A stretch of 63,946 bases of DNA from Tubiluchus corallicola (Eukaryota > Animalia > Priapulida): contig JAQGDQ010001088.1 of the NCBI GenBank assembly GCA_030141605.1, positions 1 to 63,946 on the forward strand. Reading direction: 5' to 3'. This document shows, piece by piece, positions 1 to 11,607 of the stretch. The translations under genes were made by a program, and so were the position numbers. The notes below the pieces were generated by a model that worked only from the letters and a program-made list of their open reading frames with translations, made no database searches and was not told the origin of the DNA. Every line of letters begins with the position of its first letter. Position 1 is the first letter of the stretch.

Positions 1-241
1 TGTGACAAACCGCACACGGGAAATTTTAAACCCGGTCATCACCATCTAATTACTGACCGAGTTCAGTGTTGCTTGCACATCAACTACTTGGTTATTCATG
101 TCACCCACAAATATGGCAATTGTGTCGAAACAGTAATGCCACTAGCTCATACGTTTTTTCATTCATAAATTTTCATTCACATGACAATAATATTTATTAT
201 ACACGAATTGCTGCCAATAGATAGTAAGATTATAGTTTTAC

Positions 242-1441
242 GAAAACATGTACAACAAAGATACATATGAACAAACATGTACAGCAAAGATACATATGAA
301 CAAACATGTACAGCAAAGATACATACGAACAAACATGTATAGCAAAGATACGAACAAACATGTACAACAAAGATACATATGAACAAACATGTACAGCAAA
401 GATACGAACAAACATGTACAGCAAAGATACATATGAACAAACATGTACAGCAAAGATACATATGAACAAACATGTACAGCAAAGATACATATGAACAAAC
501 ATGTACAGCAAAGATACATATGAACAAACATGTACAGCAAAGATACATATGAACAAACATGTACAGCAAAGATACATACGAACAAACATGTATAGCAAAG
601 ATACGAACAAACATGTACAACAAAGATACATATGAACAAACATGTACAGCAAAGATACATACGAACAAACATGTACAGCAAAGATACATATGAACAAACA
701 TGTACAACAAAGATACATATGAACAAACATGTACAGCAAAGATACATATGAACAAACATGTACAACAAAGATACATATGAACAAACATGTACAACAAAGA
801 TACATTTGAACAAACATGTACAACAAAGATACATATGAACAAACATGTACAACAAAGATACATATGAACAAACATGTACAACAAAGATACATATGAACAA
901 ACATGTACAACAAAGATACATACGAACAAACATGTACAACAAAGATACATATGAACAAACATGTACAACAAAGACACATATGAACAAACATGTACAACAA
1001 AGATACATATGAACAAACATGTACAACAAAGATACATACGAACAAACATGTACAGCAAAGATACATACGAACAAACATGTACAGCAAAGATACATACGAA
1101 CAAACATGTACAGCAAAGATACATACGAACAAACATGTACAGCAAAGATACATATGAACAAACATGTACAGCAAAGATACATACGAACAAACATGTACAG
1201 CAAAGATACGAACAAACATGTACAGCAAAGATACATATGAACAAACATGTACAACAAAGATACATATGAACAAACATGTACAGCAAAGATACGAACAAAC
1301 ATGTACAGCAAAGATACATACGAACAAACATGTACAGCAAAGATACATATGAACAAACATGTACAGCAAAGATACGAACAAACATGTACAGCAAAGATAC
1401 ATATGAACAAACATGTACAACAAAGATACATATGAACAAAC
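242..1441 (+). repeat. 29-bp minisatellite (GAACAAACATGTACAGCAAAGATACATAT) with 25-bp variants, left arm
   Basis: About 40 directly visible tandem copies, which produce the spurious Cys/Tyr/Val-rich ORFs. Confidence 0.97.
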
Positions 1442-1744
1442 AATCTAAATGTAGTAACAAAAATTTTAGTTGATCTAGTCTATTAGTAACTTAGCATACG
1501 AATTCCTGTGCCTGTGTGAAAGTTTTCACCGTAACCTGAGTGACCACTGACTTTGTTTGGAGAGATTTGTATATAAGTATTTTAAAATGTAGGAAACATG
1601 TATTATGAATTTCATTTTTAAAATCGTCAAAAATTTGCGCATAAAATTTCGCGAAATGTCATATGAAACGCAATTGTGTTCTTAGTAAGAAAAGATTTTA
1701 TTGTGAAATATCTGCTTACAGTTATCGCCTAGTTTCATTTTTGT

Positions 1745-1986
1745 CGCAACTTTGAAACACTTTTCCACTGCAGCTTTGAAACTCTTCTCCTCTACAACTT
1801 TGAAACCCTTCTCCTCTGGAAGTTTGAAACCTTTCTTCACTGCAACATTCAAACTCTTCTGCACTGCAACTTTGAAGAACTTCTCCACTGCAGGTTTGAA
1901 GCCTTTCTCTACTACAACACTGAAGCCCTTCCCCACTGCAGCTTTGAAACCTTTGTTCACTGTAACTTTGAAACCCTTCCCCCACT
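1745..1986 (-). repeat. Degenerate 24-bp tandem repeat (~10 copies), left arm
   Basis: Reverse complement of the GTGGAGAAGGGTTTCAAAGCTGCA-like units at 4762-5003. Confidence 0.85.
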
Positions 1987-2581
1987 CTGCACGAGACAAG
2001 AGAGCAAATGTTTCGCCACGTATAAATACCTGCTGCAGGGATTCCTCTACGAGCATGCGCAGTGCGATTTGTGGAGTGATATCTGAAAATTGAAACCTGC
2101 TCATACACTTGCTACAATTCAAAATTGTTGGAGCCTCCTTCTTACTGCACACCTTTTTCTTCCGCTTCCTCTCTTTCTTTCTCTCCTTCCACTGTCCGGC
2201 TTGCAAATAGTGGCGCAATAGATGACTTATCATCATCATCATCATCTGTCCTTTATGTCTTCGTTCTCCTTATTTTTTTATCCCCACTCCCCCCCCCTTG
2301 AAATAGGCCCTGCATGGGTCTCTTTAATGAGATTTCTACACACATAATCCCGTATACATAATAGTAATAAAGTGTCTCATATAAATGTCCACATAACATA
2401 TAGTCGCGGTTTCACACCTAAATGATTTTAATAAGTGTGCGGTTTACCAGTTTATGCCTACTGATTTAAATTGTTTCTTTAATGTTCATCGCGGTTGTTA
2501 TAGACATCTTTTATTTGCAATGCCTAATAATTTTTAAAACTGAAGGATAAAATCAAACAAAAAGTTAAAGAACACGTGCTT

Positions 2582-3260
2582 ATCATCATCATCATCATCA
2601 TCATCATCCAATGAATCACACGTCCAGTGACATGATTCTGCTCACCTCCCTATGCCAGGACTCCCTGCTCTCCGCAATGCCCCAAGTGGATTTATTTCTA
2701 AGGATCAATGCTGAAGTGTTTAAATCTTTCTGTGCAAAATTTAAATATGTTAACATTTGTCCTCCTGCAGGTTTTTTAGCTGTTTCTATGGCTTGTTGGA
2801 GAGCTATCTTTACTGGAATATCATCAGGTAGTCTAAGCATATGCCCAATCCATCTTAAACGGCGTCTTTTTATTTTTCTTGTCCAAGGTTCTTCTTTTAT
2901 TTTTTCATATAGATCTTAGTTTGAAATTTTCTTGGGCCATCTATTACTCAAAATGTTTCTGTAATTTCGCCTTTGAAACGCATCAATTTCAGCTTTATGA
3001 TTTGCTTTTAATGTCCAGAATTCTGAGTTACACAGAAATACAGTTTCAACTAAGGCTGAGAATATTCTCATTTTTGTTTCCAAAGAAATCTTCCTATTCT
3101 CAAAAACTTTTGTGAGTTTTGAGTAAGCTGATAATGCCATTATCTTCCGTCTTGATATGTGGTGTTCTGTTGCCAGCAGACTACCGAGATACTTGCATCT
3201 TTGCCATAATTCATCACCAAACAGTGTTTCTGCCATTTCTTTTTCTCAATAACCGAAATC
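2582..3260 (-). mobile_element. 5'-truncated non-LTR retrotransposon (RTE-like) ORF2 C-terminal fragment with (GAT)n tail
   Basis: ORF 2916-3236 has CKYLGS, ISLETKMRIF, NSEFWTL and IDAFQRR, typical of the RT thumb region. It continues in 2616-2840 (AESRESW) and ends in a (GAT)n microsatellite at ~2582-2608. Confidence 0.8.
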
Positions 3261-3455
3261 TTTTTTACAAAAAAAATTCGTGGTGTTCGCCACGACAGTG
3301 GTCATATATTAATATTTTGACAGCTCAGTGAGACTATAACAGTAACCAGTACTTACATATCATATTTAACAACTTACAATAGCTATGCTGGCATTGTATT
3401 ATCATTAGCTTCCTAACTGACATTGATAACAATTTTCTAAAATTAATTAATCCTG

Positions 3456-4231
3456 TTAGGTTAATGACAAAATAAAATTATCTAATAAAATATTAGTAAA
3501 GTTAGTTAAAATCAGATTATCACGACAAGCTAACGTATAGTTAACATCCTGGTGCTGTAGAACGTGTGCAAAATTCTCTCGTTTAATGCGACTTACAAAT
3601 TTACATTCAAATAGCAGATGATGTGAGGTTTGCCTCCCCTCTAAACACTGACGCATATTATTGTCTGCATAGCCAATATTGAAGAAAAAATCATTAAAAT
3701 TCCCTATTAGAAATGTGCAGGCTAAAAACTCAAGTTCTCTATTACCTCTCTGTACTGGAATATTCAAGGGAGCTGTACTTAAAGAATATGGATAAACTGG
3801 AGATGCCCCACAAAGATATCTGTTGCAACACTTACATTTCCATATTGCTAATATATAATTATCGATATCACTTTCATTATATTTAATGACTGCTTGGGGA
3901 TTTCTCGTAAATCTAAATTTCGGGCAGTAAAATCTTTAGTTATTCTTAAAAATTCATTAGTCGCCAATAAGTGCCTGTTTACAGGTAGAGGACTGTTATT
4001 TAGTCGAAACAAATTTAATTTTACTAGATCACTGTTCGGCATTGACAAGGTTTTTACGATAAATTTCGTTGTTAAGCATTTCCACATAATCTCTAAAAGC
4101 GGTAATTCGCATATTAACTCCAACTTGTCACGGGATGGGTAGAAGCGATAACCTGTCGTAGTTTTCACGACGTCACAAATCAGGTTGTCAGAGAACTCAT
4201 GTTTACGAGCCACCAAAAGCAGCCGCACCAT
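3456..4231 (-). mobile_element. Degenerate retrotransposon ORF2 C-terminal remnant with a zinc-knuckle-like motif
   Basis: ORF 3456-3767 contains QCLEGRQTSHHLLFEC, resembling the CCHC motif after LINE RTs. The adjacent same-strand ORF 3848-4231 may belong to it. Confidence 0.45.
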
Positions 4232-4490
4232 ACAGAATAATAGATAATATTAGTGTGTTAGACAATGCAATTACTTAATGTGAGAAAAAGAGAGGCTGTA
4301 AGATAGCAAGGGAGAGGGGAGGGAGAGAGAGAGGGGGAGGGAGAGAGGAGGGGAAAGAGAGGAAAGAAAGAGAAAGAAAAAGTAAGTATGTGTTTGAATC
4401 AGAAAGGAGAAAGTGAGAGATGATGAAAAGAGATGGGAGAGAGAGAGTAGGGGAGATAAAAAAATAAGGAGAACGAAGACATAAAGGACA

Positions 4491-4523
<33 letters not shown>

Positions 4524-4761
4524 AAGTCATCTATTGCGCCACTATCTTCAAGCCGGACAGAGGAAGGAGAGAAAGAGAGGAAGCGGAAGAAAAAGGTGTG
4601 CAGTAAGAAGGAGGCTCCAACAATTTTGAATTGTAGCAAGTGTATGAGCAGGTTTCAATTTTCAGATATCACTCCACAAATCGCACTGCGCATGCTCGTA
4701 GAGGAATCCCTGCAGCAGGTATTTATACGTGGCGAAACATTTGCTCTCTTGTCTCGTGCAG

Positions 4762-5003
4762 AGTGGGGGAAGGGTTTCAAAGTTACAGTGAACAAAGGTT
4801 TCAAAGCTGCAGTGGGGAAGGGCTTCAGTGTTGTAGTAGAGAAAGGCTTCAAACCTGCAGTGGAGAAGTTCTTCAAAGTTGCAGTGCAGAAGAGTTTGAA
4901 TGTTGCAGTGAAGAAAGGTTTCAAACTTCCAGAGGAGAAGGGTTTCAAAGTTGTAGAGGAGAAGAGTTTCAAAGCTGCAGTGGAAAAGTGTTTCAAAGTT
5001 GCG
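4762..5003 (+). repeat. Degenerate 24-bp tandem repeat (~10 copies) reading as (V/E)xKGFKxx
   Basis: Units such as GTGGGGAAGGGTTTCAAAGTTACA and GTGAACAAAGGTTTCAAAGCTGCA, with no indels between units. Confidence 0.85.
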
Positions 5004-5305
5004 ACAAAAATGAAACTAGGCGATAACTGTAAGCAGATATTTCACAATAAAATCTTTTCTTACTAAGAACACAATTGCGTTTCATATGACATTTCGCGAA
5101 ATTTTATGCGCAAATTTTTGACGATTTTAAAAATGAAATTCATAATACATGTTTCCTACATTTTAAAATACTTATATACAAATCTCTCCAAACAAAGTCA
5201 GTGGTCACTCAGGTTACGGTGAAAACTTTCACACAGGCACAGGAATTCGTATGCTAAGTTACTAATAGACTAGATCAACTAAAATTTTTGTTACTACATT
5301 TAGAT

Positions 5306-6497
5306 TGTTTGTTCATATGTATCTTTGTTGTACATGTTTGTTCATATGTATCTTTGCTGTACATGTTTGTTCGTATCTTTGCTGTACATGTTTGTTCATA
5401 TGTATCTTTGCTGTACATGTTTGTTCGTATGTATCTTTGCTGTACATGTTTGTTCGTATCTTTGCTGTACATGTTTGTTCATATGTATCTTTGTTGTACA
5501 TGTTTGTTCATATGTATCTTTGCTGTACATGTTTGTTCGTATCTTTGCTGTACATGTTTGTTCGTATGTATCTTTGCTGTACATGTTTGTTCATATGTAT
5601 CTTTGCTGTACATGTTTGTTCGTATGTATCTTTGCTGTACATGTTTGTTCGTATGTATCTTTGCTGTACATGTTTGTTCGTATGTATCTTTGCTGTACAT
5701 GTTTGTTCGTATGTATCTTTGTTGTACATGTTTGTTCATATGTATCTTTGTTGTACATGTTTGTTCATATGTGTCTTTGTTGTACATGTTTGTTCATATG
5801 TATCTTTGTTGTACATGTTTGTTCGTATGTATCTTTGTTGTACATGTTTGTTCATATGTATCTTTGTTGTACATGTTTGTTCATATGTATCTTTGTTGTA
5901 CATGTTTGTTCATATGTATCTTTGTTGTACATGTTTGTTCAAATGTATCTTTGTTGTACATGTTTGTTCATATGTATCTTTGTTGTACATGTTTGTTCAT
6001 ATGTATCTTTGCTGTACATGTTTGTTCATATGTATCTTTGTTGTACATGTTTGTTCATATGTATCTTTGCTGTACATGTTTGTTCGTATGTATCTTTGCT
6101 GTACATGTTTGTTCATATGTATCTTTGTTGTACATGTTTGTTCGTATCTTTGCTATACATGTTTGTTCGTATGTATCTTTGCTGTACATGTTTGTTCATA
6201 TGTATCTTTGCTGTACATGTTTGTTCATATGTATCTTTGCTGTACATGTTTGTTCATATGTATCTTTGCTGTACATGTTTGTTCATATGTATCTTTGCTG
6301 TACATGTTTGTTCATATGTATCTTTGCTGTACATGTTTGTTCGTATCTTTGCTGTACATGTTTGTTCATATGTATCTTTGTTGTACATGTTTGTTCGTAT
6401 CTTTGCTTTGTTTGTTGTTGTTTTTGTGTACATGTTTGTTCATATGTATCTTTGCTGTACATGTTTGTTCATATGTATCTTTGTTGTACATGTTTTC
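5306..6497 (-). repeat. 29-bp minisatellite, right arm (inverted copy of 242-1441)
   Basis: Same order of variant units as the left arm. Confidence 0.97.
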
Positions 6498-7274
6498 GTA
6501 AAACTATAATCTTACTATCTATTGGCAGCAATTCGTGTATAATAAATATTATTGTCATGTGAATGAAAATTTATGAATGAAAAAACGTATGAGCTAGTGG
6601 CATTACTGTTTCGACACAATTGCCATATTTGTGGGTGACATGAATAACCAAGTAGTTGATGTGCAAGCAACACTGAACTCGGTCAGTAATTAGATGGTGA
6701 TGACCGGGTTTAAAATTTCCCGTGTGCGGTTTGTCACATCGCTCATGGAGACAGGCATCTATTTACGGCACACCCTCATATCTTATCTTAGATAATTGTT
6801 TTAGATTATACTAGGTAATTATCTTTGACAGTTAGATAGATTCCGGTCCTAGATTGAATGCCATACTGACTGTCGCTGATTACTTTGATGAGGAAGCATG
6901 ACATTTATCTGAACATGGCTGGGACACCGCTGCTAAATCAGTGTCTTATTCTTCATAATGTGATAGGTGCCAGTCCTGCCATTTCATTATATATTAATAT
7001 TCACTGCTATTGAGTGCTGACGTGGCTTGCAAAGTGCAGAATTGTGTTAAAACCATAATTGGTAGATTATACTTTGTAGACACAAGATACTGCCACGCCG
7101 GGAAATAATATTTATCGTAATTTTGCGTGCTCCTCTCAGCGCATCCTAGTGGGACTTTAATTAACAGACACGTTTTTGGTTAGCCAGTGGTGTTAACTGT
7201 GGCGTTTTTACCAGTTGGTACAAACACTTATAATACAATTTTAATGGTTCCATGTCTCATGCAGTCGCAATATA

Positions 7275-7621
7275 TGGCCTCCAATCAATTATAATGCTAT
7301 TTTAATATACCTCTATGTAAATTAAACGTACACTGTGGTCGTTTCTTCTCCTCTTTTCCTTCTTCCTATCCCTAATCTTACTATTTTTTCCATTCCATTA
7401 TGTCTACTAACCCTAACCATTCTTTCATTCACTCATTTGTGCCACCTTAACAAGCCAAGTTTTCAAGGTGTCATACAGCAACTCTTTTATTTGGTTAATT
7501 TGACTTCATCAACGTTTTTTTACCTATACTGTTTCTTTTTGTTTCAATAATATTGTATGTTGATGTATTGTATATGTGTCGCTGTAGTGAAATAAATTGA
7601 TTGATTGATTGATTGATTGAT
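7275..7621 (+). mobile_element. Dispersed LINE/SINE 3'-end repeat, copy 1
   Basis: Near-identical to 47121-47465 (matching ORFs 7335 and 47184). Ends in AATAAA followed by (TTGA)n. Confidence 0.75.
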
Positions 7622-7910
7622 TTTAAATTATCTTCTCTTCCAACTACGTAAGTCTTTCAAACGAGTAAGCATAATATTAGGTAATATATATTTGAAAGGA
7701 TAGTTTTTAGGAAAGACTTGGATGGGATACACGACTATAATGTAATTTAATGTAAATTTAGGTTTCAATTTGTACGTGCAAAATTTAGAAATGTATATAG
7801 GATTCCAAGATTATGTATTGCTAAGCGAACAGGGAACTTTTTGTATCAATTCACTGCCAGATTTTAGAAAAAATGTTGTTTTCTCTAATGTTCTACTGAT
7901 AATGTTTCAG

Positions 7911-8950
7911 GTTCAAATATCACATCATGTGACGATATCGATCACACAGATGATATTGACTATTTCCCACCTGGCGTGAGACCCTTTTTGATCGTTTTCG
8001 TGACCATCCAGTGTTTGCTGACAACTTTTGGCAACTTGACCACAATCGTGTCATACGGCATAGACAAGAAACTGCGCAATGTACAAAATACGTTCATTCT
8101 TAATCTTGCAGTGAATGACTTCTTAGTTGGGTGCATTGACGCTCCTCTCGCATTCAAGGACATCTATGCGAACTGGGTGTGGCTAGCTCCCATGGTATTT
8201 TGTGACTTGTGGCTCTTCATCGACTTCTGTCTGTGCACCGGATCCGTGTTTGCCATGGTGCTCATCAGCTGGGACCGATATCGTCTTGTTTCGCAAGGCG
8301 CTAGATACAACCAGAACCAAACTATCAGAAAGGCTCGCTGCATCATCATCGTCACGTGGATGATCGTGTTTGTGCTTTGGGGACCCAGCATTTTCGGCTG
8401 GGAGCACTTTGTGGGCTACTCCGAACTGGAGGAAAATTACTGTGACGTGGAGTTCCTGTACCATCATCCATACACCATATGGACGAATGTCACGGATTTT
8501 TTCATTCCGGTAACGCTCATCGTGTTCTTCAGTATTTCCATTTATAAGAACATCCATGACAGAAAGAAAAAATTTAACTATAAAACGGACTTTGTCGTCT
8601 CCCATAAAGAGGCAAATTCGCGCAAGTTATTGTCAAAGGACAGAAAGGCAGCCACTTCACTTTTCGTGCTCGTCATTGCTTACATCATCACATGGACTCC
8701 TTATGCCGTTTATCGTCAACTAATAAGCTACTATCCATCAATGGAGAACGATTACATTTACATGTTCACCTACTGGCTGGTGTACATTAACTCTCTCATT
8801 AATCCATACCTGTATGCCATAACAAATCCAAGATTTCGACAGAATTACCAACGGATATGGTGCGGACCATTCCGGAAATGTAGCAGCAAAGTTTACGTAA
8901 GTGGCGCCTCACATCGTTCAGCTCAAGTAAGTACGATATCACCCAGGTAA
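7911..8950 (+). CDS. Class A (rhodopsin-like) GPCR, histamine H3/muscarinic-like; main coding exon, with the start codon presumably in an upstream exon
   Basis: Seven TM segments with TM1 GN, TM2 LAVND, TM3 D and DRY, ECL2 Cys, TM6 TWTPY and TM7 NSLINPYLY. Splice acceptor tttcag ends at 7910, followed by in-frame SNITSCDD (N-glycosylation sequon). An in-frame TAA at 7886 precedes it and there is no ATG. Confidence 0.92.
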
Positions 8951-9087
8951 TGCCTCAGTCGGGCAGCCCTTAGGACTCTCATCAAAGGCATACAAACTAA
9001 AAGGAGAAGCAGAGAGGAAGGCAACAGGACTTCTGATAGAAACTTTGCAACACGAAACAAAGACCCCTGCAGATGCACAACTGGTGA

Positions 9088-9438
9088 TTGTTGTTGGCAT
9101 CCTTCTGTCTCGGAAGACAATGGCGTGTACTCCAAGAGAGTCAGTTATTGATCACATTGATGGAGCTGCAGCGTTGACTGTGGCTGAGCAGTGCGATCCT
9201 TGAATCCAGGGTGCACGTCTCCTGATTTGGAAGATTTACTCCTCTACATATGGCTGTTGGGTCACTTGACCTCCTCTGCCCTCTAGCTGTTGGCTGCTTG
9301 TGCAGCTCCTAGTGTCGAGATACAGTGTGGGCATCCTGAGCCTACAGCACCTGGTATTCGTGGGCGTTCACTAACTAGGCTCTACATTGCTTAACTTCGG
9401 TAATCAGACGACAACCGATGTTTTCAACGTGATTTGGC
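9088..9438 (-). mobile_element. 5S rRNA-derived SINE (SINE3-type), internally deleted copy
   Basis: The reverse complement gives a 5S-like head (ATCACGTTGAAAAC...GAAGTTAAGC...GAATACCAGGTGCTGTAGGCT), then the same body and tail (CATTGTCTTCCGAGACAGAAGGATGCCAACAA) as 19486-20017. Confidence 0.85.
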
Positions 9439-11607
9439 TCTGCAGGTCCTGTGTTTTAAATTTATGGGCCCATTTCTAGGCTCTGCGAGTCCCGTGTTTT
9501 AAATTCATGGGCCAATTCCTTGGCTCTGCGGGCCCCTTGTTTTAAATTCATGGACCAATTTCTTGGCTCTGCGGGTCCCGTGTTTTAAATTCATGTGTCA
9601 ATTTCTTGGCTGTGCGGGTCCCGTGTTTTAAATTCATAAGCCAATTTCTTGGCTCCGCGGGTCCCGTGTTTTAAATTCATGAACCAATTTCTTGGCTCTG
9701 CAGGTCTCGTGTTTTCAATTCATGTGCCAATTCCTTGGCTCTGCAGGCCCGTGTTTTAAATTCATGGACCAATTTCTTGGCACTGCGGGTCCCATGTTTT
9801 AAATTCATGGGCTAATTTCTCTTGGCTCTGCGGGTCTCGTGTTTTAAATTCATGAACCAATTTCTTGGCTCTGCGGGTCCCGTGTTTTAAATTCATGGGC
9901 TAATTTCTCTTGGCTGTGCGGGTCCCATGTTTTAAATTCACGAGCCAATTTCTTGGCTCTGCGGGTCCCGTGTTTTAAATTCATGGACCAATTTCTTGGC
10001 TCTGCGGGTCCCGTGTTTTAAATTCATGGACCAATTTCTTGGCTCTGCGGGTCCCGTGTTTTAAATTCATGGACCAATTTCTTGGCACTGCGGGTCCCAT
10101 GTTTTAAATTCATGGGCTAATTTCTCTTGGCTCTGCGGGTCTCGTGTTTTAAATTCATGAACCAATTTCTTGGCTCTGCGGGTCTCATGTTTTAAATTCA
10201 TGAGCCAATTTCTTGGCTCTGCGGGTCCCATGTTTTAAATTCATGAACCAATTTCTTGGCTCTGCGGGTCTCGTGTTTTAAATTCATGAACCAATTTCTT
10301 GGCTCTGCGGGTCCCGTGTTTTAAATTCATGGGCTAATTTCTCTTGGCTGTGCGGGTCCCATGTTTTAAATTCACGAGCCAATTTCTTGGCTCTGCGGGT
10401 CCCGTGTTTTAAATTCATGGACCAATTTCTTGGCTCTGCGGGTCCCGTGTTTTAAATTCATGGACCAATTTCTTGGCTCTGCAGGTCCTGTGTTTTAAAT
10501 TCATGAACCAATTTCTTGGCTCTGCGGGTCCTGTGTTTTAAATTCATGGGCTAATTTCTCTTGGCTGTGCGGGTCCCATGTTTTAAATTCACGAGCCAAT
10601 TTCTTGGCTCTGCGGGTCCCGTGTTTTAAATTCATGGACCAATTTCTTGGCTCTACGGGTCCCGTGTTTTAAATTCATGGACCAATTTCTTGGCTCTGCG
10701 GGTCCCATGTTTTAAATTCATGGGCTAATTTCTCTTGGCACTGCGGGTCTCGTGTTTTAAATTCATGAACCAATTTCTTGGCTCTGCGGGTCTCATGTTT
10801 TAAATTCATGAGCCAATTTCTTGGCTCTGCGGGTCCCATGTTTTAAATTCATGAACCAATTTCTTGGCTCTGCGGGTGTCGTGTTTTAAATTCATGAACC
10901 AATTTCTTGGCTCTGCGGGTCCCGTGTTTTAAATTCATGGGCTAATTTCTCTTGGCTGTGCGGGTCCCATGTTTTAAATTCACGAGCCAATTTCTTGGCT
11001 CTGCGGGTCCCGTGTTTTAAATTCATGGACCAATTTCTTGGCTCTGCGGGTCCCGTGTTTTAAATTCATGGACCAATTTCTTGGCTCTGCAGGTCCTGTG
11101 TTTTAAATTCATGAACCAATTTCTTGGCTCTGCGGGTCTCATGTTTTAAATTCATGAGCCAATTTCTTGGCTCTGCGGGTCTCATGTTTTTAATTCATGA
11201 GCCAATTTCTTGGCTCTGCGGGGCCCATGTTTTAAATTCATGGGCTAATTTCTTGGCTCTGCGGATCCCGTGTTTTAAATTCATGAGCCAATTTCTTGGC
11301 TCTGCGGGTCCCATGTTTTAAATTCATGAGCCAATTTCTTGGCTCTGCGGGTCTCATGTTTTAAATTAATGAGCCAATTTCTTGGCTCTGCGGGTCCCAT
11401 GTTTTAAATTCATGGGCTAATTTCTTGGCTCTGCGGATCCCGTGTTTTAAATTCATGAACCAATTTCTTGGCTCTGCGGGTCTCATGTTTTAAATTCATG
11501 AGCCAATTTCTTGGCTCTGCGGATCCCGTGTTTTAAATTCATGAACCAATTTCTTGGCTCTGAAGGTCCCGTGTTTTAAATTCATGGACCAATTTCTTGG
11601 CTCTGCG
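9435..11607 (+). repeat. 43-bp minisatellite (~50 copies) with recurring 45-bp variants
   Basis: Unit TTCTTGGCTCTGCGGGTCCCGTGTTTTAAATTCATGGACCAAT. Confidence 0.97.

Larger units (their letters stand above)
1..6738. mobile_element. Large foldback / long-TIR structure with ~2.3-kb inverted arms (1-~2283 and ~4455-6738)
   Basis: Position 1 TGTGACAAACCGCACACGGG is the reverse complement of CCCGTGTGCGGTTTGTCACA ending at 6738. The mirror-image ORFs 177-1460(-)/5288-6562(+) and 1722-2108(-)/4640-5026(+) confirm the arms. A TSD cannot be checked because the window starts at the terminus. Confidence 0.8.

Noticed and set aside
177-6562. 400-aa Cys/Tyr/Val-rich ORFs (177-1460, 230-1423, 238-1443, 5288-6562 and others)
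   Set aside because: Open in all three frames only because the 29-bp satellite lacks stop codons on that strand. Not proteins.
8164-8605. Antisense ORFs over the GPCR, and similar shadow ORFs over UBE2S, exons A/B and the bacterial genes
   Set aside because: Shadow frames of real coding sequence with no recognisable motifs.
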